This document shows positions 27,451 to 36,562 of a stretch of 64,000 bases of DNA, one piece after another. Every line of letters starts with the position of its first letter. The stretch's first letter is position 1. Under the pieces are notes generated by a model. The model searched no databases, had not been told where the DNA came from, and was given only the letters and a program-made list of their open reading frames with translations. Source of the stretch: Clostridia bacterium (GTDB lineage: Bacteria > Bacillota > Clostridia > Oscillospirales > Acutalibacteraceae); assembly GCA_017555765.1 (NCBI GenBank), contig JAFZFT010000116.1:2038-66037 (forward strand). Direction: 5' to 3'. The position numbers and the translations under genes are program-made.

Positions 27451-28815
27451 TTATTTTGAGAACTTTTCTTTAATTTCGGTACTTCTGCCGCAACTGAGAC
27501 GCCCCTCGGGGCACACACCTGTGATATAACAGCTGGGGCCGTAAAGCTTAAAAAGTGAAGGATAGATATCTCTTAACTTAAAGAGGAAATCGTTGGCGAA
27601 TTCCTGAATTTCCCACTGAGCTCTTGTGCATGAGCGTAAACGGAAGAACACGAGCATTTCGCGGGCGTTCATAGTTGTTACGATATCGAGTGTTGAACCA
27701 CTGAGTACACAGTAAATAAGCTCGTTTCTTGTGTATCCTCTTTCTTTAAGTGTAGTATAAAGTGCTTCCATTTCGACAAAACTGTCTTTATAGATTTTTA
27801 AAAGCTCAGCATCAGCTTTAACTGTTTCGGGAAGTACGTAATCGTTTCTTCTTGCTCTCATAAGATCGGGAATGCATATACCGTGCATTCTGTGTCTTGC
27901 AAAATGTGTAAGACAAGCGAGAGAAACGCGGTTGAAGCGTACTGTTGCACACATGCCTTCAAGAGCTCTGGATCTGGAAGAGCGTACAAGAGCCTGAAGA
28001 ATCTCTGTTGCATTTTTTTCACTGCCGAGAATTTTATCAGCCTGTACAGTTGAACAGTTGTATTTTTCTATAAGTGCGCTTCTGCAAATATTCTTTTCAG
28101 CATTTTCAGTGTAGGAGAGTACTTCGCAAAGCTCATTGGAGGGCTCGTCTTCTTCAAGTTGAAAATCGAAACTGTATACATCGGAATACTTTTTACCTTT
28201 TGCTTCAAAGTCAATGAATATACCGGGTGCTTTTTCTTTTGCTTGAGCGAGAAGTGAAAGTCCGAGGTCATAAATTTCCTTGATATCCTTACCTCTGCCG
28301 AAAAGCATAGCGTTAAGAACATTTATAAGCTCTCTGCCGTTGAGTGAGCAGAAGAAGTTGCTGTAAAAACAGTAGGGGAGAATGAATCTTGCATCTTCCT
28401 TCGGAATGCCTGCTTCAGTAAGCTTGACATATGAAGCGAAGAGCTTGTCCATTGTTTCGGTGTAAAGAAGCTTGTCTGCTTCGTTTTTGAAATCAGGTAC
28501 GAGATAGCCGCAGTCTGAGAAATCAACATATCTTCTAGACTTTACAGTAAAAGAAGCAAGTCTGAACTCGATCATAAATTGCTCAACTACAACACTGACA
28601 TTCTCGAATGCAAGGTTAAAGAAAATATGTTCAATTGTTGAGGTGTGACCCGAGCGGGTTACTTTTCCTATAAGAGACGTATTTTTTTCTTCGTCATGAC
28701 TTCTCTCGAATATTTCCAAAGCAGTGCCGCTCTGTGTTGAAATTCTTCCTGATGCTGCACATACATCCTGAGTACAGTCAGTTGTTCCGATTATATAAAC
28801 TCCGTTTTCGGCCAT
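27451..28815 (-). CDS. thyX: Tandem (fused two-domain) ThyX-like FAD-dependent thymidylate synthase homologue with Cys-rich C-terminus
   Basis: 454 aa, about twice the size of a normal ThyX. Half 1 reads HTSTIEHIFFNLAFENVSVVVEQFMIEFRLASFTVKSRRY. Half 2 reads VSLACLTHFARHRMHG. The C-terminal tail is CYITGVCPEGRLSCGRS. Confidence 0.65.
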   Translation of the reverse strand: MAENGVYIIGTTDCTQDVCAASGRISTQSGTALEIFERSHDEEKNTSLIGKVTRSGHTSTIEHIFFNLAFENVSVVVEQFMIEFRLASFTVKSRRYVDFSDCGYLVPDFKNEADKLLYTETMDKLFASYVKLTEAGIPKEDARFILPYCFYSNFFCSLNGRELINVLNAMLFGRGKDIKEIYDLGLSLLAQAKEKAPGIFIDFEAKGKKYSDVYSFDFQLEEDEPSNELCEVLSYTENAEKNICRSALIEKYNCSTVQADKILGSEKNATEILQALVRSSRSRALEGMCATVRFNRVSLACLTHFARHRMHGICIPDLMRARRNDYVLPETVKADAELLKIYKDSFVEMEALYTTLKERGYTRNELIYCVLSGSTLDIVTTMNAREMLVFFRLRSCTRAQWEIQEFANDFLFKLRDIYPSLFKLYGPSCYITGVCPEGRLSCGRSTEIKEKFSK

Positions 28816-28911
28816 ATTATCACTTCCTTTATTTATTTATATAATTGTAGAGTATAAATGCTGTTTTGTCAATCAACTTATAAAGAATAAGAAAAAATAT
28901 TCGAAAAAGCA

Positions 28912-28940
28912 TTGAATATAATTGAAAAAGTTGCTATAAT
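28912..28940 (+). promoter_or_regulatory. Sigma-A promoter for the cupin-tmk... operon
   Basis: TTGAAT (28912-28917), a 17-nt spacer, then TATAAT (28935-28940). Confidence 0.65.
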
Positions 28941-28972
28941 CATATAGATTGTAAAATTGGGGGTAGTGTGTA

Positions 28973-29323
28973 ATGATAAAAAGAAATGAAAATATGACAG
29001 AATCAGTAAAAGTTAATATGCGCGGCGGTGACGGACAAGTTATTATCCGTGAAGCTCTCGATAAAGGCGAGTATAAAGGTGCATCAAGACTTGTTGCTGA
29101 AATCGTGCTTGAGCCCGGTTGTTCCATCGGTGGACACGTACATGAAAATGAAGAGGAAATCTTCTATATTATGGAAGGTACCGCTACTTATGACGATAAC
29201 GGTAAAACAGAAATTCTCCGCAAGGGAGACAGCTGCGTTTGCCTTGCAGGTGAGCATCATTCAATAGCAAACAGAGAAGCCGAAGGTACTCTCAGAGTGT
29301 TTGCTGTAATACTTACACACTGA
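28973..29323 (+). CDS. Cupin domain protein
   Basis: Cupin motif 1 is GGHVHENEEEIFYIMEG and motif 2 is GDSCVCLAGEHHSIAN. Confidence 0.8.
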   Translation: MIKRNENMTESVKVNMRGGDGQVIIREALDKGEYKGASRLVAEIVLEPGCSIGGHVHENEEEIFYIMEGTATYDDNGKTEILRKGDSCVCLAGEHHSIANREAEGTLRVFAVILTH

Positions 29324-29341
29324 TAACGGAGTAATTTAGTT

Positions 29342-30016
29342 ATGGGAAGAATGATAGTTATTGAAGGTCTTGACGGAAGTGGTAAGTCTACACAGGCCGA
29401 TCTTCTTAAAAAATGGCTTGAGTCTGAAGGTTATTCAACATATACTCTTGATTTACCATATTACAATGACCCTTCAAGTACTCTTGTGAAGATGTATCTC
29501 GGCGGAGAGCTTGGTGACAAGCCCTCGGATGTAAATGCATATGCCGCATCAACATTTTATGCTGTCGACAGATACGCAAGCTTTAAAAAGCATTGGGAAA
29601 AGGAATATAATTCCGATAAAATTGTTGTAGCAAACAGATATACAACATCAAATGCATCACATCAGATGACAAAGCTTTCCGAATCTGATTGGGATAGTTA
29701 TCTTGATTGGCTATTTGAGTTTGAATACTGCAAGCTCGGTATTCCTGAACCCGACCTTGTAATTTATCTTGATATGCCTGTTGAAATATCTCAGAAGCTT
29801 CTTTCTAAGAGATATAACGGCGATGAAAATAAAAAGGATGTTCACGAAAGAGATGTACAGTATCTTATTTCGTGCCATAAGGCAGCTTTATATGCTGCTG
29901 AAAAATTAGGCTGGACTGTTATCCGTTGCGGAAAAGACGGCGAGCCTCTCGATCTTGAGGAAATATCTCAAGCTGTAAACGAAACAGTAAAAAGGAAGCT
30001 TTTGAATAATGATTGA
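29342..30016 (+). CDS. tmk: Thymidylate kinase-family (dTMP/deoxynucleotide) kinase
   Basis: The P-loop is IEGLDGSGKSTQ and the DRY-type block is AVDRYAS. The size of 224 aa fits the family. Confidence 0.7.
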   Translation: MGRMIVIEGLDGSGKSTQADLLKKWLESEGYSTYTLDLPYYNDPSSTLVKMYLGGELGDKPSDVNAYAASTFYAVDRYASFKKHWEKEYNSDKIVVANRYTTSNASHQMTKLSESDWDSYLDWLFEFEYCKLGIPEPDLVIYLDMPVEISQKLLSKRYNGDENKKDVHERDVQYLISCHKAALYAAEKLGWTVIRCGKDGEPLDLEEISQAVNETVKRKLLNND

Positions 30017-30917
30017 TTTTCGCAGTCCCGATCTCAGCGATGAAAAATGGATAAAAGAAAAGATATCACAGATTGATTTTCCGACTTGTGAATATTCATT
30101 CGGTAACATTTATTCTTACACCGCGATTATGGATATCGGAGTAGCAAAATGCTACGGCTGTCTTGTAACAAGATGTACATTCCGTGACGGATTTGTTGAG
30201 TATTGTTTTCCGGCTGGAAACGGCGATACAGTGAATGCTCTTCGTGAAATCATTGATGATGGTATCGAAAATGGTATACCCTTCGGTATTTTCGGCATGA
30301 ATAAAAATGATGCTGAGCTTCTTAGTAAACACTATTCAGACTGCTTTGATATTCACTATGAAAGGGATATGTGTGATTATATTTACCTCAGTGATGATTT
30401 GATAAATCTTAAAGGTAAAAAGTATCAACCGAAAAGAAATCATATTTCATTTTTCGAGAAGAATTTCAATTGGAGGTACGAAAAGATTTCCGCTGAAAAC
30501 ATTCCCGAGTGTGTAGAAATGGCTGAAAAGTGGCTTGAGTTAAGTCAACACGAGGATAAAGAGTCTCTCATTCAGGAGTTTGAAATTATACGCAGAGCCT
30601 TTGACTTTTATGATGCGCTTGGTTTTAAGGGTGGTCTTCTCAGGGTTGACGGCAGAGTTGTTGCCTTCACAATGGGCGAGGCGGTTTCCGATGATGTATT
30701 CTGTGTACACTTCGAAAAAGCGTATAGCGATATCCGTGGTGCTTATCCTATGATAAATCGTCAGTTTGTTATGAATGAGCTTTCAGAATATAAATATATC
30801 AACCGAGAAGATGATACCGGCTCTGAAAATTTAAGAAAGGCAAAGCTTTCCTATTATCCCGCAATACTTGCAGATAAATATGAGGCTACCTATATAAATG
30901 AAGATTATTCCGAATAA
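30009..30917 (+). CDS. DUF2156 domain protein (MprF C-terminal / aminoacyl-tRNA transferase-like fold)
   Basis: The block KGKKYQPKRNHISFFEKNF, the size (302 aa) and the layout match stand-alone DUF2156 proteins as I remember them. Confidence 0.6.
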   Translation: MIDFRSPDLSDEKWIKEKISQIDFPTCEYSFGNIYSYTAIMDIGVAKCYGCLVTRCTFRDGFVEYCFPAGNGDTVNALREIIDDGIENGIPFGIFGMNKNDAELLSKHYSDCFDIHYERDMCDYIYLSDDLINLKGKKYQPKRNHISFFEKNFNWRYEKISAENIPECVEMAEKWLELSQHEDKESLIQEFEIIRRAFDFYDALGFKGGLLRVDGRVVAFTMGEAVSDDVFCVHFEKAYSDIRGAYPMINRQFVMNELSEYKYINREDDTGSENLRKAKLSYYPAILADKYEATYINEDYSE

Positions 30918-31671
30918 AGAAAACACGGAGAGTCTTATTGAGCTTTGGTCCGATGTTTTCGGTGACGAAAGAGAATATATTGAGTTGCTTTTTCCGTACG
31001 GTGAAAGTGTGTGTGATATTTTTGCTGAATTCGACGGCGATAAAATCATCTCTGCTTTGTACCTTCTTGATTGCACTTTAAACTTTGGTGGGGTTCAGTA
31101 TATGGGTAAATACCTTTACGCTGCCGCAACTGACAAGAAGTACCGCGGTAAAGGAATTATGGCTTCACTTATAAACGAAGCTAAGGAGTACTGTAAAAAC
31201 ACAGGTCTTGACTATATTTCCCTTGTACCCGCAAATGAAGGGCTTTATAACTACTATAAAAAGTTCGGATTTATATCGGCTATGCACCGTACAACAGTAT
31301 CGGGTGCGTCGGATATACAAGCTACTAAAAGCGAAATAAGTGGTGAAGAGTACTTTACTGAAAGGCAAATGCGTCTCGAAAATTCACTTAATTTCAGCGG
31401 AAGCAGCGTCGGATATGTAATTTCTTGCCTTGAGTACTCGGGTATGAAGTTTTACAGAAGCAGTATCGGACGGATGTTTATGACAGAAGGCGATTCGATT
31501 TTAACAGATGAGCTTATTGATGGTAAAAATGCAGTGCGATTTCTTTTTGACAATGAAATCAGTGAAGAAAATATAAGCACTGAGAAATTCGGTATGCTGT
31601 ATCCGATTAACTCGGAATTAAAAAGAGATTGGTCAATTTATGATTTGTATATGAATATTGCTCTTGATTAA
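30898..31671 (+). CDS. GNAT family N-acetyltransferase with C-terminal extension
   Basis: The acetyl-CoA motif A is YRGKGIMASLINEAKEYC, followed by ...NEGLYNYYKKFGF. The gene overlaps the upstream gene by 20 nt. Confidence 0.75.
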   Translation: MKIIPNKENTESLIELWSDVFGDEREYIELLFPYGESVCDIFAEFDGDKIISALYLLDCTLNFGGVQYMGKYLYAAATDKKYRGKGIMASLINEAKEYCKNTGLDYISLVPANEGLYNYYKKFGFISAMHRTTVSGASDIQATKSEISGEEYFTERQMRLENSLNFSGSSVGYVISCLEYSGMKFYRSSIGRMFMTEGDSILTDELIDGKNAVRFLFDNEISEENISTEKFGMLYPINSELKRDWSIYDLYMNIALD

Positions 31672-31684
31672 GGAGGATAAATAT

Positions 31685-32227
31685 ATGGTATATTGTTTTC
31701 TTGCGGATGGCTTTGAAGAGCTCGAAGCTATTGCTCCTATCGATATTTTAAGACGTGCCGACGTTGATGTGATAACTGTCGGTGTTACAGGTAAAATTGT
31801 CACAGGTAGTCACGGTATTGCTGTTACTGCTGACATAACTCTTGATAATGTAAAGCTTGACAGTACTCTTGAGGCGGTTGTACTTCCCGGTGGACTTCCC
31901 GGGGCGACCAACCTTGAGAATTCATCCGTCGTGCAGAGTGCAATCGACTACGCCAATAAAAACGATGCATATATATGTGCTATTTGTGCAGCACCGCAGA
32001 TTCTTGGTCACAAGGGCCTTTTAAAGGGCAAGGAGGCAATCGCTTATCCGGGCTTTGAAAAAGAGCTTGATGGTGCAAAAATCAGCGAATCGTTTGTTGC
32101 CGTTGACGGTAAATTCATTACTGCAAAGGGCGCAGGCGTTGCAGTGGAATTCGGGCTTGCAATAACCGCAGCTCTTAAAGGTCAGTCAGTGAGTGACAAA
32201 ATCAGAGCTGCTATACAGATGAAATGA
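31685..32227 (+). CDS. DJ-1/PfpI (ThiJ/YajL) family protein
   Basis: MVYCFLADGFEELEAIAPIDILRRA and the nucleophile elbow AICAAP support the call. The start is Met10 of the track ORF, after an AAGGAGG RBS. Confidence 0.85.
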   Translation: MVYCFLADGFEELEAIAPIDILRRADVDVITVGVTGKIVTGSHGIAVTADITLDNVKLDSTLEAVVLPGGLPGATNLENSSVVQSAIDYANKNDAYICAICAAPQILGHKGLLKGKEAIAYPGFEKELDGAKISESFVAVDGKFITAKGAGVAVEFGLAITAALKGQSVSDKIRAAIQMK

Positions 32228-32781
32228 TCAAAACAGAATTAAGAAAAAAATACAAAGCAGTACGCTCTGCGGTTGAAGAGCGAGAAGCCAAGTCACAAAT
32301 TATAGCCTCTGCGCTTTTTCGCACTGAATTGTTTAAATCCTGCAGTGATATTTTTCTTTACTCTAATTCAGGTACTGAGGTTTCTACAGCTGAGATATTA
32401 AAAGAATCCCTTAGCTTGGGAAAAAAGGTAGCTTATCCGAAATGTACCGACAAAGACGGGAATATGGAGTTTTATTATATAAATTCCGTTTCTGAGTTAT
32501 GCGAAGGTATGTATGGTATATATGAGCCTGAATCTTACAAAGAACTAAAAGCAGTACCTTCATGTGAAAGTCTAATTGTTGTACCCGGTTTAGCATTTGA
32601 TACATACGGGTACAGATTAGGATACGGTAAAGGCTACTATGACAGATATCTTTCGCTTTATCCGTGCAAAGCTGTCGGAATAGCCTTCAGCGAATGCTTT
32701 TGTAAAGAATTGCCGCACGGTATATATGATTTTAAAATTAATTGTCTTATCACTGATAAGAAAGAATATTATTTTGATTAG
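32224..32781 (+). CDS. 5-formyltetrahydrofolate cyclo-ligase
   Basis: VVPGLAFDTYGYRLGYGKGYYDRYL is the family signature. The start forms an ATGA overlap with the upstream gene. Confidence 0.88.
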   Translation: MIKTELRKKYKAVRSAVEEREAKSQIIASALFRTELFKSCSDIFLYSNSGTEVSTAEILKESLSLGKKVAYPKCTDKDGNMEFYYINSVSELCEGMYGIYEPESYKELKAVPSCESLIVVPGLAFDTYGYRLGYGKGYYDRYLSLYPCKAVGIAFSECFCKELPHGIYDFKINCLITDKKEYYFD

Positions 32782-32792
32782 GAGGATTTGAT

Positions 32793-34307
32793 ATGGATGA
32801 CCGTTTTCATAATGAGGATCTCGAAGCAACGGACAAATATTCAGGTGTCGCTGCTAACGAGAAAAAGACCTCATTAGGTGATTTCAGTGAAAACATTGAC
32901 TCCAACGGTAGTGCTGAACCAACCGTTGCTCCGAGAACAAAAAAATTCGAGGTACATATCCCTGATATTTACCAAGAACCAGTAGTTGAAGCTCCAGAAT
33001 ATAAAGGCTCAACCGATGCAACTAAATCACCTGATAAGCCTACAGCGAAAAAGGTGCAAAAGCCTCAAAATAACAACAGTAAAAGTGCCGCAAAAACTAA
33101 GACGTCAAATAAAAGACGCAGAGCTCCCGCTCCGAGTAAGACACCATCTGATACAAAGAGCGATAACAAAGCTGTTAAATCAAAAGCTACAAAGCGCTAT
33201 GATTTTATCAAGAATCTTCTCATTTCTTGTGTGTGCTTTATATTTATTGCTATTATAACCGCATCGGTTTCAACTGTTGCCATCGGATTTATCAATGATA
33301 TTCTCGTCATTAGCGATGATAGTGAATTTTCCGCTATTGTAGAAATTCCCGAAGGCGCAACCTATGATGAGGTGTTTGACATACTTTGTGATGAGGGACT
33401 TGTCAGACAGCCGTTTCTTACTGACTTCTTCCTCAGATTCAGACACTACGATAAGGTTAATGTTTGGAATAGCGAGACAGGTCAGTATGAGGAAAGAGTG
33501 ATTAAGTACGAGCCCGGAATGTACTACCTCAACTACTCCGACGGTATTGAAAATATGGTTGAAAGCATAATGGTTAAGACTAATTATGCAAAAGATACCG
33601 TAAGACTTACCTTCCCTGAAGGTTGGTCAGTTGCTCAGATTTTTGAAAAGTTAGAAAAGTATGGTGTATGTGAAGCTGAAAGATTATATGCTAATCTTGA
33701 TATAATCGGCAAGCAGTATGGTTTCATATCGGAAATTGAAGCTGATGGCGGACGATATCTTACTTGTGAGGGTTATCTTTTCCCTGACACATATGATTTC
33801 TTTGTTGGTGAATCTCCAAGCTCAGTGCTCAAAAAGCTTTTCAATAACTTTGAAGGCAAGTGGAGTGAGGATTATACAGATCGACTTGAAGAGCTCGGTA
33901 TGACAATGGATGAGGTCATTATTATCGCTTCAATTATCCAGAGAGAAGCTAAGGACGGTTCACAGATGAAGGATATCTCTTCGGTTATTCACAACCGACT
34001 CAGCGACTCTGTCAACTTCCCGAATATACAGATGAACTCAACAACAGATTACATCACAGCTATCAGGCAGTACAATCTGTTCTCAGACTCATATTTTGCC
34101 CTTTATCTCGATAGATATAACACTTATAAAGTTACGGGACTTCCTCCCGGACCTATCTGTAATCCCGGTAAAACTGCAATTAATGCGGCTTTGAACCCCT
34201 CGGATACAAACTATTATTTCTTCTGTCATGACAAGTCAGGTAACGTTTATTATGCAGCTACCGCTCAGGAACATGCACAGAATACGTCAAAGGTGCTTTA
34301 TGATTAA
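32793..34307 (+). CDS. mltG: Endolytic murein transglycosylase MltG (YceG family) with long disordered K/P/S-rich N-terminus
   Basis: A TM anchor is followed by the YceG blocks LTCEGYLFPDTYDF, ASIIQREA and NTYKVTGLPPGPICNPG. Confidence 0.88.
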   Translation: MDDRFHNEDLEATDKYSGVAANEKKTSLGDFSENIDSNGSAEPTVAPRTKKFEVHIPDIYQEPVVEAPEYKGSTDATKSPDKPTAKKVQKPQNNNSKSAAKTKTSNKRRRAPAPSKTPSDTKSDNKAVKSKATKRYDFIKNLLISCVCFIFIAIITASVSTVAIGFINDILVISDDSEFSAIVEIPEGATYDEVFDILCDEGLVRQPFLTDFFLRFRHYDKVNVWNSETGQYEERVIKYEPGMYYLNYSDGIENMVESIMVKTNYAKDTVRLTFPEGWSVAQIFEKLEKYGVCEAERLYANLDIIGKQYGFISEIEADGGRYLTCEGYLFPDTYDFFVGESPSSVLKKLFNNFEGKWSEDYTDRLEELGMTMDEVIIIASIIQREAKDGSQMKDISSVIHNRLSDSVNFPNIQMNSTTDYITAIRQYNLFSDSYFALYLDRYNTYKVTGLPPGPICNPGKTAINAALNPSDTNYYFFCHDKSGNVYYAATAQEHAQNTSKVLYD

Positions 34308-35556
34308 AAATATAAGAAAACCTGAACTTCTTGCCCCTGCAGGAGATATGGAAAGACTTGTTGCAGCTGTGAGATATGGTGCAGATGCTGTTTATCTTGG
34401 CGGTACTGTATTCGGTATGAGGGCAGGTCCTGCTAATTTTACCGACTCTGAACTGCACAAGGCTGTTGAGTATGCCCATTCTCACGGAGTAAAGGTATAT
34501 CTTACATGCAACGTTCTCCCTAGAAGCAACGAACTTGAAATGCTTCCTGATTTTTTGATAAATGCAAAAGAAGCAGGTGTCGATGCATTTATAATTTCAG
34601 ACCTTGGTGTTCTTGAATACGCAAAAAAATATGCTCCCGAGGTTGAAATTCATATTTCAACACAGACAGGTATTGTAAATTATGCGGCCGCTCAAGCTTT
34701 TTACAATATGGGCGCTAAGCGTGTAGTTACCGCAAGGGAGCTCAGTATGGAAGAGATCCGTACACTCAGAAAGAATATACCTGATGATATGGATATAGAG
34801 TGTTTTGTACACGGCGCTATGTGTGTATCTTTTTCAGGCAGATGTCTTATTTCAAACTATCTCGTAAACCGCGATGCTAACAGAGGTGAGTGTGCTCAAC
34901 CTTGCCGGTGGAACTACAGACTCGTTGAAGAAAAAAGACCGGGTCAGTACTTTCCTATAGGCGAAGACGAAGGCGGAACATACATTCTCAACTCAAAGGA
35001 TATGTGCATGATTGAGCATATACCTGAGATGATTGATGCAGGAATTACAAGCTTCAAGATAGAAGGCAGAGCTAAGTCTGCGTACTATGTGGCGGTCGTT
35101 ACAAACGCTTACAGAATGGCTATTGATGCATATTACGATAACCCGAGAGATGATTATAAAACAGAGCAGTGGTTAGTTGATGAGATGCGTAAAATCAGCT
35201 ACAGAGATTACTGCACAGGATTTTTCTACGGCGATCCGGCAAGCGATGCACAGATAAGCTATAAAGGCGGATACAACCGTGAATGGGATGTAATGGCCGT
35301 TGTAGAAAAATGGGAAAATGGTATCGCCTATTGCTCTCAGAGAAACCGATTCTTTGAGGGTGACGAGCTCGAGGTTATGATAAAAGGCAGAAAACCCTTT
35401 ATTGTGAAAGCTACAAATATTAAAAACTCAGAGGGCGATGCAATTGAAAGTACAAATCATCCGATGATGGAGTTTACATTCGAATGTGAAGTGCCTCTTG
35501 AAGAAAATGCAATACTCAGAAAAGAGAGAAATGAACCTGAAAGGGTAATTATTTAA
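34300..35556 (+). CDS. Peptidase U32 family protein (YrrO/TrhP-like)
   Basis: ELLAPAGDMERLVAAVRYGADAVYLGG matches U32, as does the Cys block GECAQPCRW. The position after mltG matches the B. subtilis yrrL-yrrNO synteny. The start is Met25 of the track ORF, overlapping mltG by 8 nt. Confidence 0.85.
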   Translation: MIKNIRKPELLAPAGDMERLVAAVRYGADAVYLGGTVFGMRAGPANFTDSELHKAVEYAHSHGVKVYLTCNVLPRSNELEMLPDFLINAKEAGVDAFIISDLGVLEYAKKYAPEVEIHISTQTGIVNYAAAQAFYNMGAKRVVTARELSMEEIRTLRKNIPDDMDIECFVHGAMCVSFSGRCLISNYLVNRDANRGECAQPCRWNYRLVEEKRPGQYFPIGEDEGGTYILNSKDMCMIEHIPEMIDAGITSFKIEGRAKSAYYVAVVTNAYRMAIDAYYDNPRDDYKTEQWLVDEMRKISYRDYCTGFFYGDPASDAQISYKGGYNREWDVMAVVEKWENGIAYCSQRNRFFEGDELEVMIKGRKPFIVKATNIKNSEGDAIESTNHPMMEFTFECEVPLEENAILRKERNEPERVII

Positions 35557-35581
35557 CAATTTATTGTGGAGGTGTTGAATA

Positions 35582-36550
35582 GTGCCGGCAAAATATACAG
35601 TTTCACTTGCAAAAATCCTTAAAGACCTTCAGTTTGAGGTTTTATATATGCCCAAGGAACCCGCTGACATTCTGATTTCGTCACTTGACGTACATAGACC
35701 GGGTTTGATTATCGCGGGATTCGATGATTTCTTCGACAGTGCCAGAATTAACTTTTTGGGAAAAGCTGAAGTCGAATATATCAACAGATTTGAAAAGAAC
35801 GAAAGGTACGATAAGGTAGGTATGTATTTATCTAAAAAGCCTGCCTGTATTGTAATTTCACGTAATCTTGATTGTCCTGATGCTGTTATTGACCTTGCTC
35901 CGGAGTACGGCGTACCTGTGCTTAAAACAACAGAAACAACATCAAGAGCAATGGCATCAACTATTTCGTACCTTAACATAGAGCTTGCTGAAAGAATAAC
36001 CCGTCACGGTGTCTTTGTTGAAGTATACGGTGAAGGTGTGCTTATTCTTGGTGACAGCGGCGTCGGTAAAAGTGAGGCGGCGGTTGAGCTTATCAAAAGA
36101 GGTCACCGACTCATTGCTGATGATGCGGTTGAAATTAAAAAGACAAGCTCCCGTACTATAGTCGGTTCAGCTCCCGATAACATTCGACACTTCATTGAGC
36201 TGAGAGGTATCGGTATCATAAATGCAAGACGTATTTTCGGTATGGGTGCTGTTAAACTCAATGAAAAAATTGATATGGTTATTCAGCTCGAGCCCTGGGA
36301 CAGTGACAAGGTTTACGACCGTATGGGTATAGAGAATGAGTATACAGAAATTCTCGGAATCAAGGTACCTTACACTTGTGTACCTGTAAAGCCGGGTAGA
36401 AATCTTGCGGTTATTATTGAAATTGCCGCTATGAACAACAGACAGAAGAAAATGGGATATAATGCGGCGCGTGAGCTTATGCATAATCTCGGTATGGACG
36501 ATGCAATTATACCTCAGGAAGATGAAATCAAGCTCTGGGGAAATTTTTAA
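35582..36550 (+). CDS. hprK: HPr kinase/phosphorylase
   Basis: GVLILGDSGVGKSEAAVELIKRGHRLIADD, followed by ELRGIGIIN. The start is GTG. Confidence 0.92.
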   Translation: MPAKYTVSLAKILKDLQFEVLYMPKEPADILISSLDVHRPGLIIAGFDDFFDSARINFLGKAEVEYINRFEKNERYDKVGMYLSKKPACIVISRNLDCPDAVIDLAPEYGVPVLKTTETTSRAMASTISYLNIELAERITRHGVFVEVYGEGVLILGDSGVGKSEAAVELIKRGHRLIADDAVEIKKTSSRTIVGSAPDNIRHFIELRGIGIINARRIFGMGAVKLNEKIDMVIQLEPWDSDKVYDRMGIENEYTEILGIKVPYTCVPVKPGRNLAVIIEIAAMNNRQKKMGYNAARELMHNLGMDDAIIPQEDEIKLWGNF

Positions 36551-36562
36551 GAGGTGAATGAT

